Origin: an uncultured Candidatus Bathyarchaeia archaeon
Lineage (GTDB): Archaea; Thermoproteota; Bathyarchaeia; 40CM-2-53-6
Direction: 5' to 3'
Assembly: GCA_964598845.1 (NCBI GenBank)
Contig: CAZRDM010000010.1
Coordinates: 9,431 to 73,430 of the forward strand
DNA: 64,000 nt
Position numbers and translations under genes: made by a program. The notes beneath the pieces were generated by a model. That model was not told the DNA's origin, searched no databases, and was given only the letters and a program-made list of their open reading frames with translations. How positions within the stretch are numbered: the stretch's first letter is position 1; the number at the start of each line of letters is the position of its first letter. Below, piece after piece: positions 1 to 10,232 of this stretch.

Positions 1-364
1 AGGCGCAATCGCATGTTTTTTGGGCATAGTGAGGGAGGACCCTGTTCGCGAATCTGACGCTAAAGTGACTCATCTAGAGTACGAGGCCTACGCTGATCTC
101 GCGTTGAAGCGAATGGAGGAGATCAGGCGGACCATGCTGAAACAACCTGGCGTTCTGGAAGTGGCGATTCATCATGTTATCGACAAGCTCGGAGTTGGCG
201 AACCCAGCCTGTTTGTTGCAGTGCTCGGAAAGCACCGACAAGAAGTGTTCCCGACACTTACCGAGACTGTTGAGAGAGTGAAGAAGGAAGTGCCCATCTG
301 GAAGAAGGAGTTCACTACCAGAGATTCGTACTGGGTTTCTTCTGAGCAGGCAAGAGAGGACTGA
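1..364 (+). CDS. moaE: Molybdopterin synthase catalytic subunit MoaE (5' end cut by window edge)
   Basis: The frame is open from nt 2 (GAIACFLGIVRED...). MoaE-like layout: THLEYEAY..., HHVIDKLGVGE, and the C-terminal PIWKKE motif. Confidence 0.8.
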   Translation, partial: GAIACFLGIVREDPVRESDAKVTHLEYEAYADLALKRMEEIRRTMLKQPGVLEVAIHHVIDKLGVGEPSLFVAVLGKHRQEVFPTLTETVERVKKEVPIWKKEFTTRDSYWVSSEQARED

Positions 365-456
365 CCGTCACAAACCGTTAACCACTTCTGGTTGTGAAAT
401 CTTATATTCAATCTATCCCTAACGAACAGCCGTCGAAACCTGCGGACTGACTAGGG

Positions 457-1242
457 ATGACTGTAAGCGACAAAGTCAGACACTCCCTTCAGGAATTCGG
501 ACTCACAGACTACGAGATCCGCTCCTACACTTCACTCCTTGAGATCGGCCCGGCGACGGCAAGTGAACTTAGTGAGGCCTCAGACGTGCCATACTCCAAG
601 ATCTACGAGGTTCTTGGCTCACTTGAGAAAAAGGGATGGATCGAGATGGAGCACGGGCGCCCGAGCAAATACTACCCAAAGCCTCCTTCAGTAGCGTTAG
701 ATATCGCGAGGGCTGAGAGGGAGAATACTCTCAAGACGAATGAGTCGATCATTCTGGAAGAGCTTCAGCCGCTCTACGAGAAAAAGGGAGTTAGAGAACG
801 ACCAGACATCTGGATTGTCCGAGGAACTTACAACGTGCTGGCAAAGATCAGGGAAACGGTCGAACAAGTCCAGAAGGAAATACTGGTGGCTGTACCCGCC
901 ATTCCAGATTCTGTGGCTGAAGCGCTCATACCGCTCGTGAAGACAATCGTCGAAAGAGGCGTGAAGGTGCAGGTAATGACGATGAAGAGACCTCTGAGTG
1001 AATCTATGTTCAAACTGAGAAGGTTCTGCGAAGTTCGTGTGCGAGAGCAAATGTTCGGCGGCGGCATCATCGCCGATGGTCGAGAAGTTATTCTTCTCCT
1101 CGGTCAAGAAGGCGACGAAGCAATAAGCCTCGCTATTTGGTCAGATCACATCGGTCTGGCGAAATATGCCAAGAACTACTTCGAATATCTCTGGTCAGAC
1201 AGCGAAGAATACCAGAGATTACGAAGTCCTCTCAAGACTTAG
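457..1242 (+). CDS. TrmB-family transcriptional regulator
   Basis: N-terminal winged HTH typical of TrmB (LQEFGLTDYEIRSYTSLLEIGPATASELSEASDVPYSKIYEVLGSLEKKGWIE) followed by a C-terminal effector-type domain. Confidence 0.85.
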   Translation: MTVSDKVRHSLQEFGLTDYEIRSYTSLLEIGPATASELSEASDVPYSKIYEVLGSLEKKGWIEMEHGRPSKYYPKPPSVALDIARAERENTLKTNESIILEELQPLYEKKGVRERPDIWIVRGTYNVLAKIRETVEQVQKEILVAVPAIPDSVAEALIPLVKTIVERGVKVQVMTMKRPLSESMFKLRRFCEVRVREQMFGGGIIADGREVILLLGQEGDEAISLAIWSDHIGLAKYAKNYFEYLWSDSEEYQRLRSPLKT

Positions 1243-1496
1243 AGGAGCTAACGCTTTTTCCGATCTCAATTGCATGGATTTTGGAAAGAGCTTATTTTTC
1301 GCCCTCGCCCATCCGTTCGAATGCTCTTTTCGGTTGCATTGAATCCGAAATTCCCAATCTTGTCGACCGCCATGCACAAGAGCCATACGCAGCATTGATT
1401 CGCGAAAATTGCTATCGAGCTGTGTCGTTAATATAGGCGTCAGAAACTCCGCGCCGTGAGTGGACGTGGGGAATACCGCTGCGCGTTCGGCAGAAT

Positions 1497-2642
1497 GTGA
1501 TCGGTGATTCCAACTCTGCGCAAGAGCAAGGTTGGAATAGTCTCCTATTCAAACTCCACAGTCTGCAGTTCTTAGCCTCATTTTCCGCTTGGATCGCTTT
1601 GTTCTATATTGCGGTTCTCGCGAAAGAACTTGGTCTGAGCGACATCGAGATTGGCACGATCGCAACGCTCTACGGCCTGTGCCTTCTCTTCTCAAACTAT
1701 ATGTTCGGAAGTCTCTCAGATATTTTGGGAACAAGACAGTTCTTGGTTTCGGGATTCCTATTCTCATCCGGAGTCTTTCTCGCGCACCTCTTCGCCTTCA
1801 ACTACTCATCGCTCCTGTACATCAGAATACTCACCGGGATAGCCTTGGGAGTTTATCCCGCCGCTTTGTTTTCCCTCGCCTTCAACACAAACGCAAGAAT
1901 GGGTAGATTCTCATCTTACGGTGCATTAGGCTCATTTGCAGGCTTGACAAGTGCAGGTTTTCTCTCCACAGTTTATGGGACTAAGAGTCTCTTCGTGCTA
2001 GGATCAATCGCATTCTTCCTAGCATTTGTCGTTTCAATAGGAATAAGAGAGCATAGGTCAGTATCTGACCAGAATTCACTTCACCCGCTGAAAGTGGTCA
2101 TGGAGAATCTTCCCACGTACGTTGCCCTGCTAATCAGACATACAGGAGCCAACATCATCTGGACCTTCTGGTCGCTCTATCTAATCGCCTTGGGAGCAAA
2201 CTCCTTCTATATTGGGATGATTACCGCTTCGAATGCATTGACACAATTCTTGACGATGCGCTACTTATGTGACAAACTCGACAGTAGAAGGGAATTCAAT
2301 TCTGGTCTATTAATGTCAGCGGCTCTTTTCCTAGCACTCGGTTTCGCAACAAGTTTTTGGCAGCTCTGGCCACTATTCGCATTGATAGGAGTTGTTTGGG
2401 GCTTCGTGTTCGTAGGTGCTGTCAGAACGGTAGTTGACCACAGCAGCCAAAGAGGTGCAGCCATAGGCTTACTCAATTCAGTATTGAACATGTCGAGTGT
2501 GCTCGGCCCGGTTCTGGCCACTGTCGTAATAGTCTTCGGGGATTATAGAACAACGATGTACGTCGGCGCAATCCTCTCATTTGCGTCCTATCTCATTTCG
2601 AGACGACTCAATAGTCCTTCACATACCAGCTTCCTACCGTGA
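1497..2642 (+). CDS. MFS-type transporter
   Basis: 381 aa and highly hydrophobic, with about 10-12 predicted TM segments and MFS-like loop motifs. Confidence 0.7.
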   Translation: MIGDSNSAQEQGWNSLLFKLHSLQFLASFSAWIALFYIAVLAKELGLSDIEIGTIATLYGLCLLFSNYMFGSLSDILGTRQFLVSGFLFSSGVFLAHLFAFNYSSLLYIRILTGIALGVYPAALFSLAFNTNARMGRFSSYGALGSFAGLTSAGFLSTVYGTKSLFVLGSIAFFLAFVVSIGIREHRSVSDQNSLHPLKVVMENLPTYVALLIRHTGANIIWTFWSLYLIALGANSFYIGMITASNALTQFLTMRYLCDKLDSRREFNSGLLMSAALFLALGFATSFWQLWPLFALIGVVWGFVFVGAVRTVVDHSSQRGAAIGLLNSVLNMSSVLGPVLATVVIVFGDYRTTMYVGAILSFASYLISRRLNSPSHTSFLP

Positions 2643-2813
2643 ACATACACCTTCAGATGTCTCTCGGGCACTCTCGGGCAACCAGTGCTACGCCCATGCT
2701 ACTGGGATACTTGATTATCGAAAAATTCGCGGCTGAGTCTCAGCTGCTGCTCACATTCAGGAATCATAGTCACACCTCAAAAGATACTTGATCTCTGAAA
2801 TGTGGGGATACCG

Positions 2814-3311
2814 ATGTCCGTAGTTGATGTAATTCTAAGTCGTAGAAGCATTCGGAAGTACAGGATGAAGAGCGTGCCTCATAAGATTGTGAGGAGAATA
2901 CTTGAAGCTGGAAGGCATGCTCCCTCTGCAAGCAACATGCAGCCTTGGCATTTCATCATAGTTGCGGATCAGAAGATTAAGGAGGAATTGTCTGAAGGAA
3001 GATGGAATACTTTCATCAAGGAATCCGCGTTCACAATCGTAGGGTGTGCTTACGTAGGCAACGCCTACGGCCGCAAGTGGTCAACCATCGATACCACGAT
3101 AGCGCTAGAGAACATGGTCATTGCGGCTTGGTCACTGGGAGTAGGCTCGTGTTGGATAGGAGACTTCAAAGCACGAGATGTGAAGGAATTGCTGAAAATT
3201 CCACCAGACTGGAAGATCGTATCATTAGTCAGCTTTGGCTATCCAGACGAAAGACCAAAGAAAACGAGTAGGAAGCGAATAGGAGAAATCGTGAGCTATG
3301 ACAGGTTCTGA
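2814..3311 (+). CDS. Nitroreductase-family (FMN) oxidoreductase
   Basis: RRSIRKY near the N-terminus, HAPSASNMQPWHFI, and the small size typical of the family. I prefer the ATG at 2814 (GGGGA 6 nt upstream) over the GTG at 2802. Confidence 0.85.
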   Translation: MSVVDVILSRRSIRKYRMKSVPHKIVRRILEAGRHAPSASNMQPWHFIIVADQKIKEELSEGRWNTFIKESAFTIVGCAYVGNAYGRKWSTIDTTIALENMVIAAWSLGVGSCWIGDFKARDVKELLKIPPDWKIVSLVSFGYPDERPKKTSRKRIGEIVSYDRF

Positions 3312-3442
3312 AAGTTGAAGCTCTCCCGCCGCGACTACTTTGCCGGAACGAAAGGTTCCAGTGAAGGGACATTGACATCCAAGCCCCTGATTTACAGAAG
3401 CTGGTCCTTCGAACGTCTCTGGCAGAGAAACACCATGCTAGA

Positions 3443-4363
3443 TCAGCGGCGGATCGGCAGAATCTCGTAGTTAGCAAGTGGAGTTATCAATGCGCGAATC
3501 CCCACCTGCCTCGTTTTCGTAGGCCTGGGCCCGTAGATCAAGTAGACGAAATCGGGTGTCTGATCTTCAACTCCAAGGGTCACCAAAGTATCTGACACCC
3601 GTCTTACTTGTTGAGAGGTCAGGCCCAAGCCTTGAAGTAGCCTATCGATGTGAAGGGCGCTCACACTTGCGAGTACTGTTTGACTGCTCTCGGGAACTCC
3701 CAGCTTTCTGAGGAGAGCGTCTTCCTTATCGCTCTCCACCTGAAGAAACTCGGCCAGTCTAGATGAGAGACTGAGAGCTACCTTCCCATGTCTGAGCTTC
3801 AGGCCGATTTCCGTTGCGGGATCGAGTGTACCGATCTCCTTGAATATTTTCAACGCTTGAGCCAGTTTGAAGTTGAGTTCAGACGCTTCTAGGCGACAAC
3901 GCAGGCTGATGATCTCTTTCTGTGCTGCTTCTGCCGGCCATCCGTGATCAATGAGCTGTTGGATCAGCCAACCCTTCCAAACCCTCTTGTAGACCCGAAC
4001 TTTCATAGTTCCTTTCGATGAGACAACGCACCGGCACGGCTGGCTCCTTCCTCCAATAATCTTTAGCCCGTTCTTCTCGGATATGGATAGCCGCGTGAGC
4101 AGACTAGGGTGAAGGGACCCGCCTTTTACCCATAGGCCTCTTCTCTTCCAAGAGACATGCCGCAAGTATGGGGGGATCAGACTCTTGACCATTCTTGATC
4201 TAGCGGCAAACTGTTTCGTGTCACGGGCGACTGACGGAAAAATCTTGGCTGTAATGTCATCAGATGAAAACGGAATTTGTCCCTTGAGAAGTCTCTTGAC
4301 CTTTTTCCGTAGGGAGATTATACTTATCTTCCGGCTCCTTCCCTCTTGCGTAGTCAGCACCAA
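3443..4363 (-). CDS. Hypothetical protein (basic N-terminus, no recognised domain)
   Basis: A 306-aa ORF with protein-like composition that fills an otherwise empty interval. I recognise no motif. Confidence 0.55.
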   Translation of the reverse strand: MVLTTQEGRSRKISIISLRKKVKRLLKGQIPFSSDDITAKIFPSVARDTKQFAARSRMVKSLIPPYLRHVSWKRRGLWVKGGSLHPSLLTRLSISEKNGLKIIGGRSQPCRCVVSSKGTMKVRVYKRVWKGWLIQQLIDHGWPAEAAQKEIISLRCRLEASELNFKLAQALKIFKEIGTLDPATEIGLKLRHGKVALSLSSRLAEFLQVESDKEDALLRKLGVPESSQTVLASVSALHIDRLLQGLGLTSQQVRRVSDTLVTLGVEDQTPDFVYLIYGPRPTKTRQVGIRALITPLANYEILPIRR

Positions 4364-4525
4364 GACCGGCTAGATTGACGATCTTCTCGAAAAGTGCTTC
4401 GACTATAGTGTACTTTCACGAATTGTTCAATCCGCTCTGATTGTAATTGACGCAAACACCGGCACTACGTTAAGTTCTTGGAGCTCTTATGGGCAGCTCA
4501 TCAGAAATCCTTCTTGTGAGACATA

Positions 4526-5983
4526 CTACGCGAATCTTGTGTATGCTTCGCGAAGTTCTGCGATGAATTTGGCCTGCCACTCCGTAAATCCATCAGGCGA
4601 AGTTGGATAATTCATGTATCGCTCGATGAGTTTCCTGCTTTTCATTGCTGTGTAACGTAGCCCTCTTGCCAAGCCGAGGCGTGGGATGGCCCTAAGGATT
4701 CTTCTTGGGCTCCCAAAGTCAATTCGTCTGAATTCTGGATGTTCCCTTCGTGAGATGCTTTCCACATCTTCGTCGTCCAGAAAATGTTTCATGCCGTAAT
4801 TCAGGTCCTCGTTGCTCAGAGTTTGAAGGAACCGTCGCAAGATTTCGAAGCTCGCCATACGGTGGCCATATTTCTTGACATACTCTACGTTGAATTTCCA
4901 GAGAGCCCGCTCCGAAGGGTCATTTGCCTCCAAGGCTTGTGCAATTACCTTCCCGGCTATTACACTAGCATAGATTGCGGGGCCTATTCCACCAGCGTCA
5001 ATTGGTCTTGGCATCCATGCAGCGTCCCCGATGATCACGTATCCGTTTCCAATGAGACAGTCATTCTGCCTCCGAACAGGAACCTGCCAGCTACCCACCG
5101 CGTTTCCCCTGTCCTCCTCCTCGTCAGCGAGCTTCCAATTCCTAATCGCCGGGTTCATACGAACATAGTCGTCGATCAAGGACCGCAACGTGTCCTTCCT
5201 CCCGGACCTCTTGTTCCTCGAATCGAGAAGCCGCTTCTGAACTCCCAGTCCAATGTTAGCTTTGTTCTGTCCTTTGGGGAAGACCCAAGCATACCCGCCT
5301 GGAGCTATCTGCTGATCCAAATGAATTATGCAGTAATCAGGATCGAAGAATGTGCTGTCTTCCTTCCCGACATCGAATTTGATAATGTATCTTCCCGTCG
5401 ATTCCATGTCGTTTTCCTTGTCGATATCCTTCTCAATGTAGCTCTTTATCGGAAGGTTAGTTCTGAGGCGTGAAGCAGAACCAGTTGCGTCTACTATGAT
5501 CTTCGCGGTTTTCTTGAAGGTTGAATTATCCTTCGTGGATCGACAGTGAACGCCGGTTACAAAGCCATCCTCTGATAGCAGAGCTTCAGCTGAGGTTTCA
5601 AACTGGAGGTCTACTCCCATCTTCTCCGCGTCTACCACCTGTCTCTGCGGCAGGAGTTTACGGTTGAGTACATACCCTTCGCCGTCGAACAAGGCTTTCG
5701 ATGAGTGATCGGGGGAGTAGGCGACGACACCTTGAACACGTTGTTCAAGCTCTGGCTTGCCATAATGGATGCCGACTTCAGACTCGAGAAAGTCGAGGCT
5801 GTTCTTGCTGACAGCGTCACCGCAAATCCAGCCGCTGGCAGTCTTCTTTCCAGCCTCATGTCTGGGATTTCGATCTACTACCAAGATACGCAGGTTCTGT
5901 GCGGAATGCTTGGCAATCGATGTGGCAGTGATGAGTCCAGAGACTCCACCTCCAGCGATGATTACGTCGTAGTCAGATCTCAT
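4526..5983 (-). CDS. Geranylgeranyl reductase-family FAD-dependent oxidoreductase (long form)
   Basis: N-terminal DVIIAGGGVSGL FAD fold, CGDAV, PGGYAWVFPK and IGDAA motifs typical of archaeal GGR. It carries roughly 90 extra C-terminal residues compared with typical GGRs of about 390 aa. Confidence 0.8.
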   Translation of the reverse strand: MRSDYDVIIAGGGVSGLITATSIAKHSAQNLRILVVDRNPRHEAGKKTASGWICGDAVSKNSLDFLESEVGIHYGKPELEQRVQGVVAYSPDHSSKALFDGEGYVLNRKLLPQRQVVDAEKMGVDLQFETSAEALLSEDGFVTGVHCRSTKDNSTFKKTAKIIVDATGSASRLRTNLPIKSYIEKDIDKENDMESTGRYIIKFDVGKEDSTFFDPDYCIIHLDQQIAPGGYAWVFPKGQNKANIGLGVQKRLLDSRNKRSGRKDTLRSLIDDYVRMNPAIRNWKLADEEEDRGNAVGSWQVPVRRQNDCLIGNGYVIIGDAAWMPRPIDAGGIGPAIYASVIAGKVIAQALEANDPSERALWKFNVEYVKKYGHRMASFEILRRFLQTLSNEDLNYGMKHFLDDEDVESISRREHPEFRRIDFGSPRRILRAIPRLGLARGLRYTAMKSRKLIERYMNYPTSPDGFTEWQAKFIAELREAYTRFA

Positions 5984-6165
5984 GGAGCCACCGGCACCGC
6001 TCAGGGGCAGGGGTCACGTACACCATCCCATCGCAAAAAAACATTCAGGTTTCAATGGAGAGGGGTTGGGGGAAACATCCTCCTAAGACGGTCTTCTGTA
6101 GGAGGCACAGCCCTGCGAAGAAGGAGTAACGCGTAGAAAAGAAGAACACAGTGGAAAAGCCTTGT

Positions 6166-7872
6166 CTACTTGGTCTTTATCATGCCATTCTCAATCAAGA
6201 GGAGTTCAGAGGACGGAGCGTTCAATGCTCCGAGCGGACATCCGCATCCAGCAGCATGCCCTTTCCCTTTCCTTAGGGTGCCCTTATACAATCCCTGCTC
6301 AAGCGTTGTCCTATGCTCGCTCTCCCATTGTTCGATGGGGATTCCGTACTTGGGTTGGATCGCATCCCTGTACCATTCTGGGATGACGTTGAACGCGCAG
6401 AAAGGTATGATCCTGAGGTCGGGGCTCAGGTAGTGGATGTCGCATCTTCGCAGACGTTCTTCATCATGATTGTACTTGTCCATGAAGTGCATCATGCCGA
6501 GGAACATTGACTTGTGGTGGAATGCTCCTAGCGAGGAGTAGTCGTTCTTCACAAGAGCGTTGAAGAGTAGTTTGCTCAGGGCCAATCCCTTAGGTTGCCT
6601 GCTTCTATCTATGAAGGATCCGATTTTCGCAAGTACTTTCGCTATCACGATGTACTTGTTCTTGCCTGCCTTGAGTTCATCGGCCTTCTCTTCCAAGTAT
6701 TCAAGTAGGCCTTCAAGATCAACGAATGATGCAATTGGTACGAGTTTGTCGTCTTCTTTGAATACGTAAGTTCCTGCACCGCATGCGAAGTGGATTGACA
6801 ACTCGTAGCGTGGTCGCTTCGTCAACGCTTCCACAAAGTGAGTGATTGGGACGCAGCTAGGGACTGGGAACCAAGACTCCCTAGAGACCTCCCCGTTCGT
6901 CTGCTCCTCGATTCGTTCGATGCAGTCAGGGATTGTTATTCGATACTTCTCACGTTCAGATCTTGTCAATCTGCCCGTTAGTGACACTGGTTGAAAGTTG
7001 ACGGCATGAATGACATCCATATTCCTCTGGCCAAATCTAATGAGCGCACCAAGTTCATGGTCGTTGACGCTCTTGATGACTGTTGGAACGAGGACGACAC
7101 CCAACCCGACCTTCCTAGAATTCTCGATTGCAATCGGGGCTTCCCAATGGTTCTTGGGATTGGTTCTTGGAGTGACTCCGTCGAAACTCATGTAGACCGT
7201 GTTGACACCTGCTTCTCTAACCCTTCGTGCCAAGTCTGGGTCAAGAGCCAAGTTGATTGCGTTGCTGTTCAGTTGAATGTGTTCGACGCCTTCCTCCTTA
7301 CAGATTCTGACAATGTCAGCCAAGTCCTCTCTTAGGGTGGGTTCCCCACCAGTGATCTGAATCGCGTTGCCCGGTACCGGCCTCTCTGCTCGGAGTACTT
7401 TGACCATCTCACGTATTCTCTCAAGGGATGGCTCATAGACATACGCTCCCTCAACTCCTTTCTTGGCGTAGAAGAAGCAGTACCAGCATGTCAGATCGCA
7501 GCGGTTCGTGATGACTAGATTGGTTAACCCTGAGTGGCTCAGGTGACTTGTGCAGAGTCCACAGTTCGTCGGGCAGGCGCATTTCTCCAATGGGACGTTC
7601 GGGTTCTCGATACCTTTACCGTTATGCGTGAACTCTGCGAACTTGTAGTACATATCGGCTGAGCCGAAGTAGAGTTCTTCTATCTCGCCATGTTCGGGGC
7701 AAGTCTTAGCCATCCAAATTTTGCCGTCGCGATCAAACACAGTAGCGGGAAGAATCCTGTTACAGACTGGGCAGATGCTTCTCGTTTCCCGGATTAGCTT
7801 ACTCTCAACCATTTCTATCTGAATGGTTTCCAGTTTTACCACCGTGTTAGGTGAACTATCCGACCGGTTCAT
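6166..7872 (-). CDS. Radical SAM protein, MJ0619 / tetraether lipid synthase (Tes, GDGT-MAS)-like
   Basis: CPVC...CPEHG rubredoxin-like N-terminus, an auxiliary CPTNCGLC cluster motif, then the radical SAM CDLTCWYC (CxxxCxxC) motif. The ATG at 7872 is preferred, because the longer ORF to 7980 would abut the divergent gene start. Confidence 0.55.
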   Translation of the reverse strand: MNRSDSSPNTVVKLETIQIEMVESKLIRETRSICPVCNRILPATVFDRDGKIWMAKTCPEHGEIEELYFGSADMYYKFAEFTHNGKGIENPNVPLEKCACPTNCGLCTSHLSHSGLTNLVITNRCDLTCWYCFFYAKKGVEGAYVYEPSLERIREMVKVLRAERPVPGNAIQITGGEPTLREDLADIVRICKEEGVEHIQLNSNAINLALDPDLARRVREAGVNTVYMSFDGVTPRTNPKNHWEAPIAIENSRKVGLGVVLVPTVIKSVNDHELGALIRFGQRNMDVIHAVNFQPVSLTGRLTRSEREKYRITIPDCIERIEEQTNGEVSRESWFPVPSCVPITHFVEALTKRPRYELSIHFACGAGTYVFKEDDKLVPIASFVDLEGLLEYLEEKADELKAGKNKYIVIAKVLAKIGSFIDRSRQPKGLALSKLLFNALVKNDYSSLGAFHHKSMFLGMMHFMDKYNHDEERLRRCDIHYLSPDLRIIPFCAFNVIPEWYRDAIQPKYGIPIEQWESEHRTTLEQGLYKGTLRKGKGHAAGCGCPLGALNAPSSELLLIENGMIKTK

Positions 7873-7980
7873 TTTGAGCCATATTAACGGTTTCCAAACC
7901 AAAACGAAGGTGAAAAGTGTGGTCGGAACTGGAGATCTGAGAGGAGACACCTCCGTTGCGGACGCATCTCGCAGTCCCAT

Positions 7981-8520
7981 ATGAAAGGTAAACCATTTCT
8001 CGACGACAAAAGCACCCCTGTAGGCCGGCTGATGCTAGTGACTGAAAGAGCAAAGACACCAAGTGAATCCGCTACCACGATGGTCCGCGTTATGATGCCC
8101 ATGGACGCCAACCTTTCAGGTAACGTCTTTGGGGGGACTATTCTGAGACTGATCGATGAGACGGCTTCGATAGTGGCTTTCAAGCATGCAAGAAGCAACG
8201 TTGTTACAGCGTCCATTGACCGTATGGATTTCTACTCTCCGGTCTACATCGGGGACCTACTGCGCCTGAACGCCTCAATTAACTACGTCCACAGAACCTC
8301 TATGGAGATCGGTGTTCGGGTAGAGGCTGAGAACCCACTTACGGGCGAGGTGCGACACACAGGCACTTGCTTTCTCACTTGCGTTGCCCTCGACAAGAAT
8401 GGAAAGCCAACACCTGTTCCACGACTAGTTCCGGAAACTGAGGAAGAGAAACGACGTTGGGCTGAAGCCGAATCAAGACGTAAGATCAGATTACAGCAGA
8501 TAGGAAGACGTGAGAACTAG
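7981..8520 (+). CDS. Acyl-CoA thioesterase (hotdog fold)
   Basis: The motif MPMDANLSGNVFGGTILRLIDETA is typical of acyl-CoA hydrolases. The true start may be an internal Met near 8032. Confidence 0.8.
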   Translation: MKGKPFLDDKSTPVGRLMLVTERAKTPSESATTMVRVMMPMDANLSGNVFGGTILRLIDETASIVAFKHARSNVVTASIDRMDFYSPVYIGDLLRLNASINYVHRTSMEIGVRVEAENPLTGEVRHTGTCFLTCVALDKNGKPTPVPRLVPETEEEKRRWAEAESRRKIRLQQIGRREN

Positions 8521-8961
8521 CGAATTAGGCCGGCAGATCAAGTTGAGTCATCGCTCGGAAAACTTCAAGAAAGAAGTGTGGATACGCAGCATGCCTCGGT
8601 TGAAGCAGCAATCATCGGAGTTGTAATCAGCTTTGATGACATAGAAAATAGGGCATGAGTAACCGTACTCGATATTGATCTAGAGCGCTTTATCGGTCAC
8701 GATGCAAGCTCCAATTCTTGAAGAGCAAGGACTTCAAAGGAAAAGTCATTGGGGTGGAAACTGATTTTCTAGTTGTGAAGTCCGAGGAGCGCCCGCTTGG
8801 TCTTGGTCAAGGTAGCCAAGTCGTAATCGAGGATTAACCACGATCGGACATCTCTCTTAGACGAGAAGCGGGAAATCCTCCTGTAGGGGGACTTATAATA
8901 CAGGATGCGAACGCAGTAGTTGCGTTTACCAAGTGGCAGGCGCGCGACCGAGGCTGAGTAG

Positions 8962-9315
8962 TTGATTCGTAACATTGAGAAAGACTGGCGCGAGCGAGTT
9001 GTCAAGAACAATCTTGACCTTATCATTCTCAGACTCCTTCGGTCCAAACCTCGGTGGGGATATGAAGTCAACATGGCTATACGCGACAAGTTTCGAGTAT
9101 ACCTCAGCGCAGGTACACTCTACCCTCTCCTCCACTCTCTGGAGGAGGATGGGCACATCCAAGGAGAGTGGGAATCTGAGAAAGGAAGGGGGAGGAGGAT
9201 CTACAAAATCACCGAGACCGGCATACAGTTTCTCGAAGCTGGGGAACGATCCACCTTAGAATTGGCGCGTCTAATTCAGAGCGAAGCTTCGCAATCCGCG
9301 AACAAGGAATCGTAG
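8962..9315 (+). CDS. PadR-family transcriptional regulator
   Basis: LDLIILRLLRSKPRWGYEV...LSAGTLYPLLHSLEEDGHI is a classic PadR winged helix. Confidence 0.85.
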   Translation: MIRNIEKDWRERVVKNNLDLIILRLLRSKPRWGYEVNMAIRDKFRVYLSAGTLYPLLHSLEEDGHIQGEWESEKGRGRRIYKITETGIQFLEAGERSTLELARLIQSEASQSANKES

Positions 9316-9369
9316 GGAATTCGAAAGCAATATCAATAGACGATAGACCCTCGGAGCTAAGATTTCACC

Positions 9370-9939
9370 TTGAAAGACGGAAATGCCATCTCGAAGGCAG
9401 TCAGCTTCTTCAGGAAGAATCCTGTTGCACGTGTTCTGTTAGTCATCGCTATCCTATTTGCTGCAACCTATGGCAGTGTGGAGGTCTTGCGTCTCGCACT
9501 GGGCACCGAGTCACCACTAATGGTTGTGTCCTCAGAGAGCATGATTCCCACATTGAACGTCGGAGACATCATCCTAGTCCGGGGTATCGACCCGCGAGAC
9601 GTGACTGTGGACACGATAATCATTTTTCACAGTCCGAACGACTGGGATATGCCGATCGTTCACCGCGTCGTCGCAGTCGAAAATGCAGGGAGTTCTGTCT
9701 TCTTTAGAACGAAAGGAGATCACAACCCCGTTCCCGACAGTTGGATCGTCCCGGACCAAAACCTCATGGGAGTCTACGTAGGGAAGATCCCATACGTTGG
9801 AATTATCAGTCTCGAGTTACGCGGTCCTATAGGTGTGACGCTCATAGTCCTGCTAGTCGCTCTCATAGTGGCGATCGAGTATAACGAATCCAAGTCCTCG
9901 CAGCCTAAGGGTGGACCTAGTTTCAGTCGCCCGTCGTGA
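9370..9939 (+). CDS. Signal peptidase I, archaeal/ER (S26B, Sec11/SipW) type
   Basis: N-terminal TM segment, SESMIPTL (catalytic Ser box), PIVHRVV (His box) and GDHN motifs. Confidence 0.85.
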   Translation: MKDGNAISKAVSFFRKNPVARVLLVIAILFAATYGSVEVLRLALGTESPLMVVSSESMIPTLNVGDIILVRGIDPRDVTVDTIIIFHSPNDWDMPIVHRVVAVENAGSSVFFRTKGDHNPVPDSWIVPDQNLMGVYVGKIPYVGIISLELRGPIGVTLIVLLVALIVAIEYNESKSSQPKGGPSFSRPS

Positions 9940-10183
9940 CCAGTTCTCCAACTATGGCCGTGTGGGTCCGCAAGACTCCGCTTAATGTTTGAATTCTTTC
10001 TCTGACGATACCCGTCAGGCCATTGATGTCCGGCGCCTCAAAGGCGATTATGTCGAACATCCCCGTAACTGGATGAGCCGTCTTAACACCTTCAATTCCA
10101 GATATCTGTTCGGTGAGCGTTCTTGATTTCCTTGGGGCTATCTTGATGAGCACGTAAGCCCCGATCTTTCTCCTTTCAACCAT
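9923..10183 (-). CDS. Stand-alone Lrp/AsnC-type RAM (ligand-binding) domain protein
   Basis: 86 aa. The pattern AYVLIKI...IEGVKTAHPVTGMFDIIAFE matches the AsnC C-terminal domain. Confidence 0.7.
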   Translation of the reverse strand: MVERRKIGAYVLIKIAPRKSRTLTEQISGIEGVKTAHPVTGMFDIIAFEAPDINGLTGIVRERIQTLSGVLRTHTAIVGELVTTGD

Positions 10184-10232
10184 GGCGTCTCGTCAGTTGA
10201 CTCCTATTCACTCGCGTAATATGCACTTAGGC

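Noticed and set aside
2661-2680. Tandem decamer CTCTCGGGCA x2 downstream of the MFS gene.
   Set aside because: There are only two copies and no further periodicity or pairing partner, so this is probably chance or a minor slippage duplication.
4784-5473. A 229-aa plus-strand ORF inside the GGR gene.
   Set aside because: It is antisense to a gene with clear FAD/GGR motifs and its translation has no recognisable features.
8769-9089. A 106-aa minus-strand ORF spanning the 8.5-9.0 kb spacer.
   Set aside because: It overlaps the PadR start on the opposite strand, is Arg/Ser-rich and has no motifs. The spacer more likely holds the PadR promoter.
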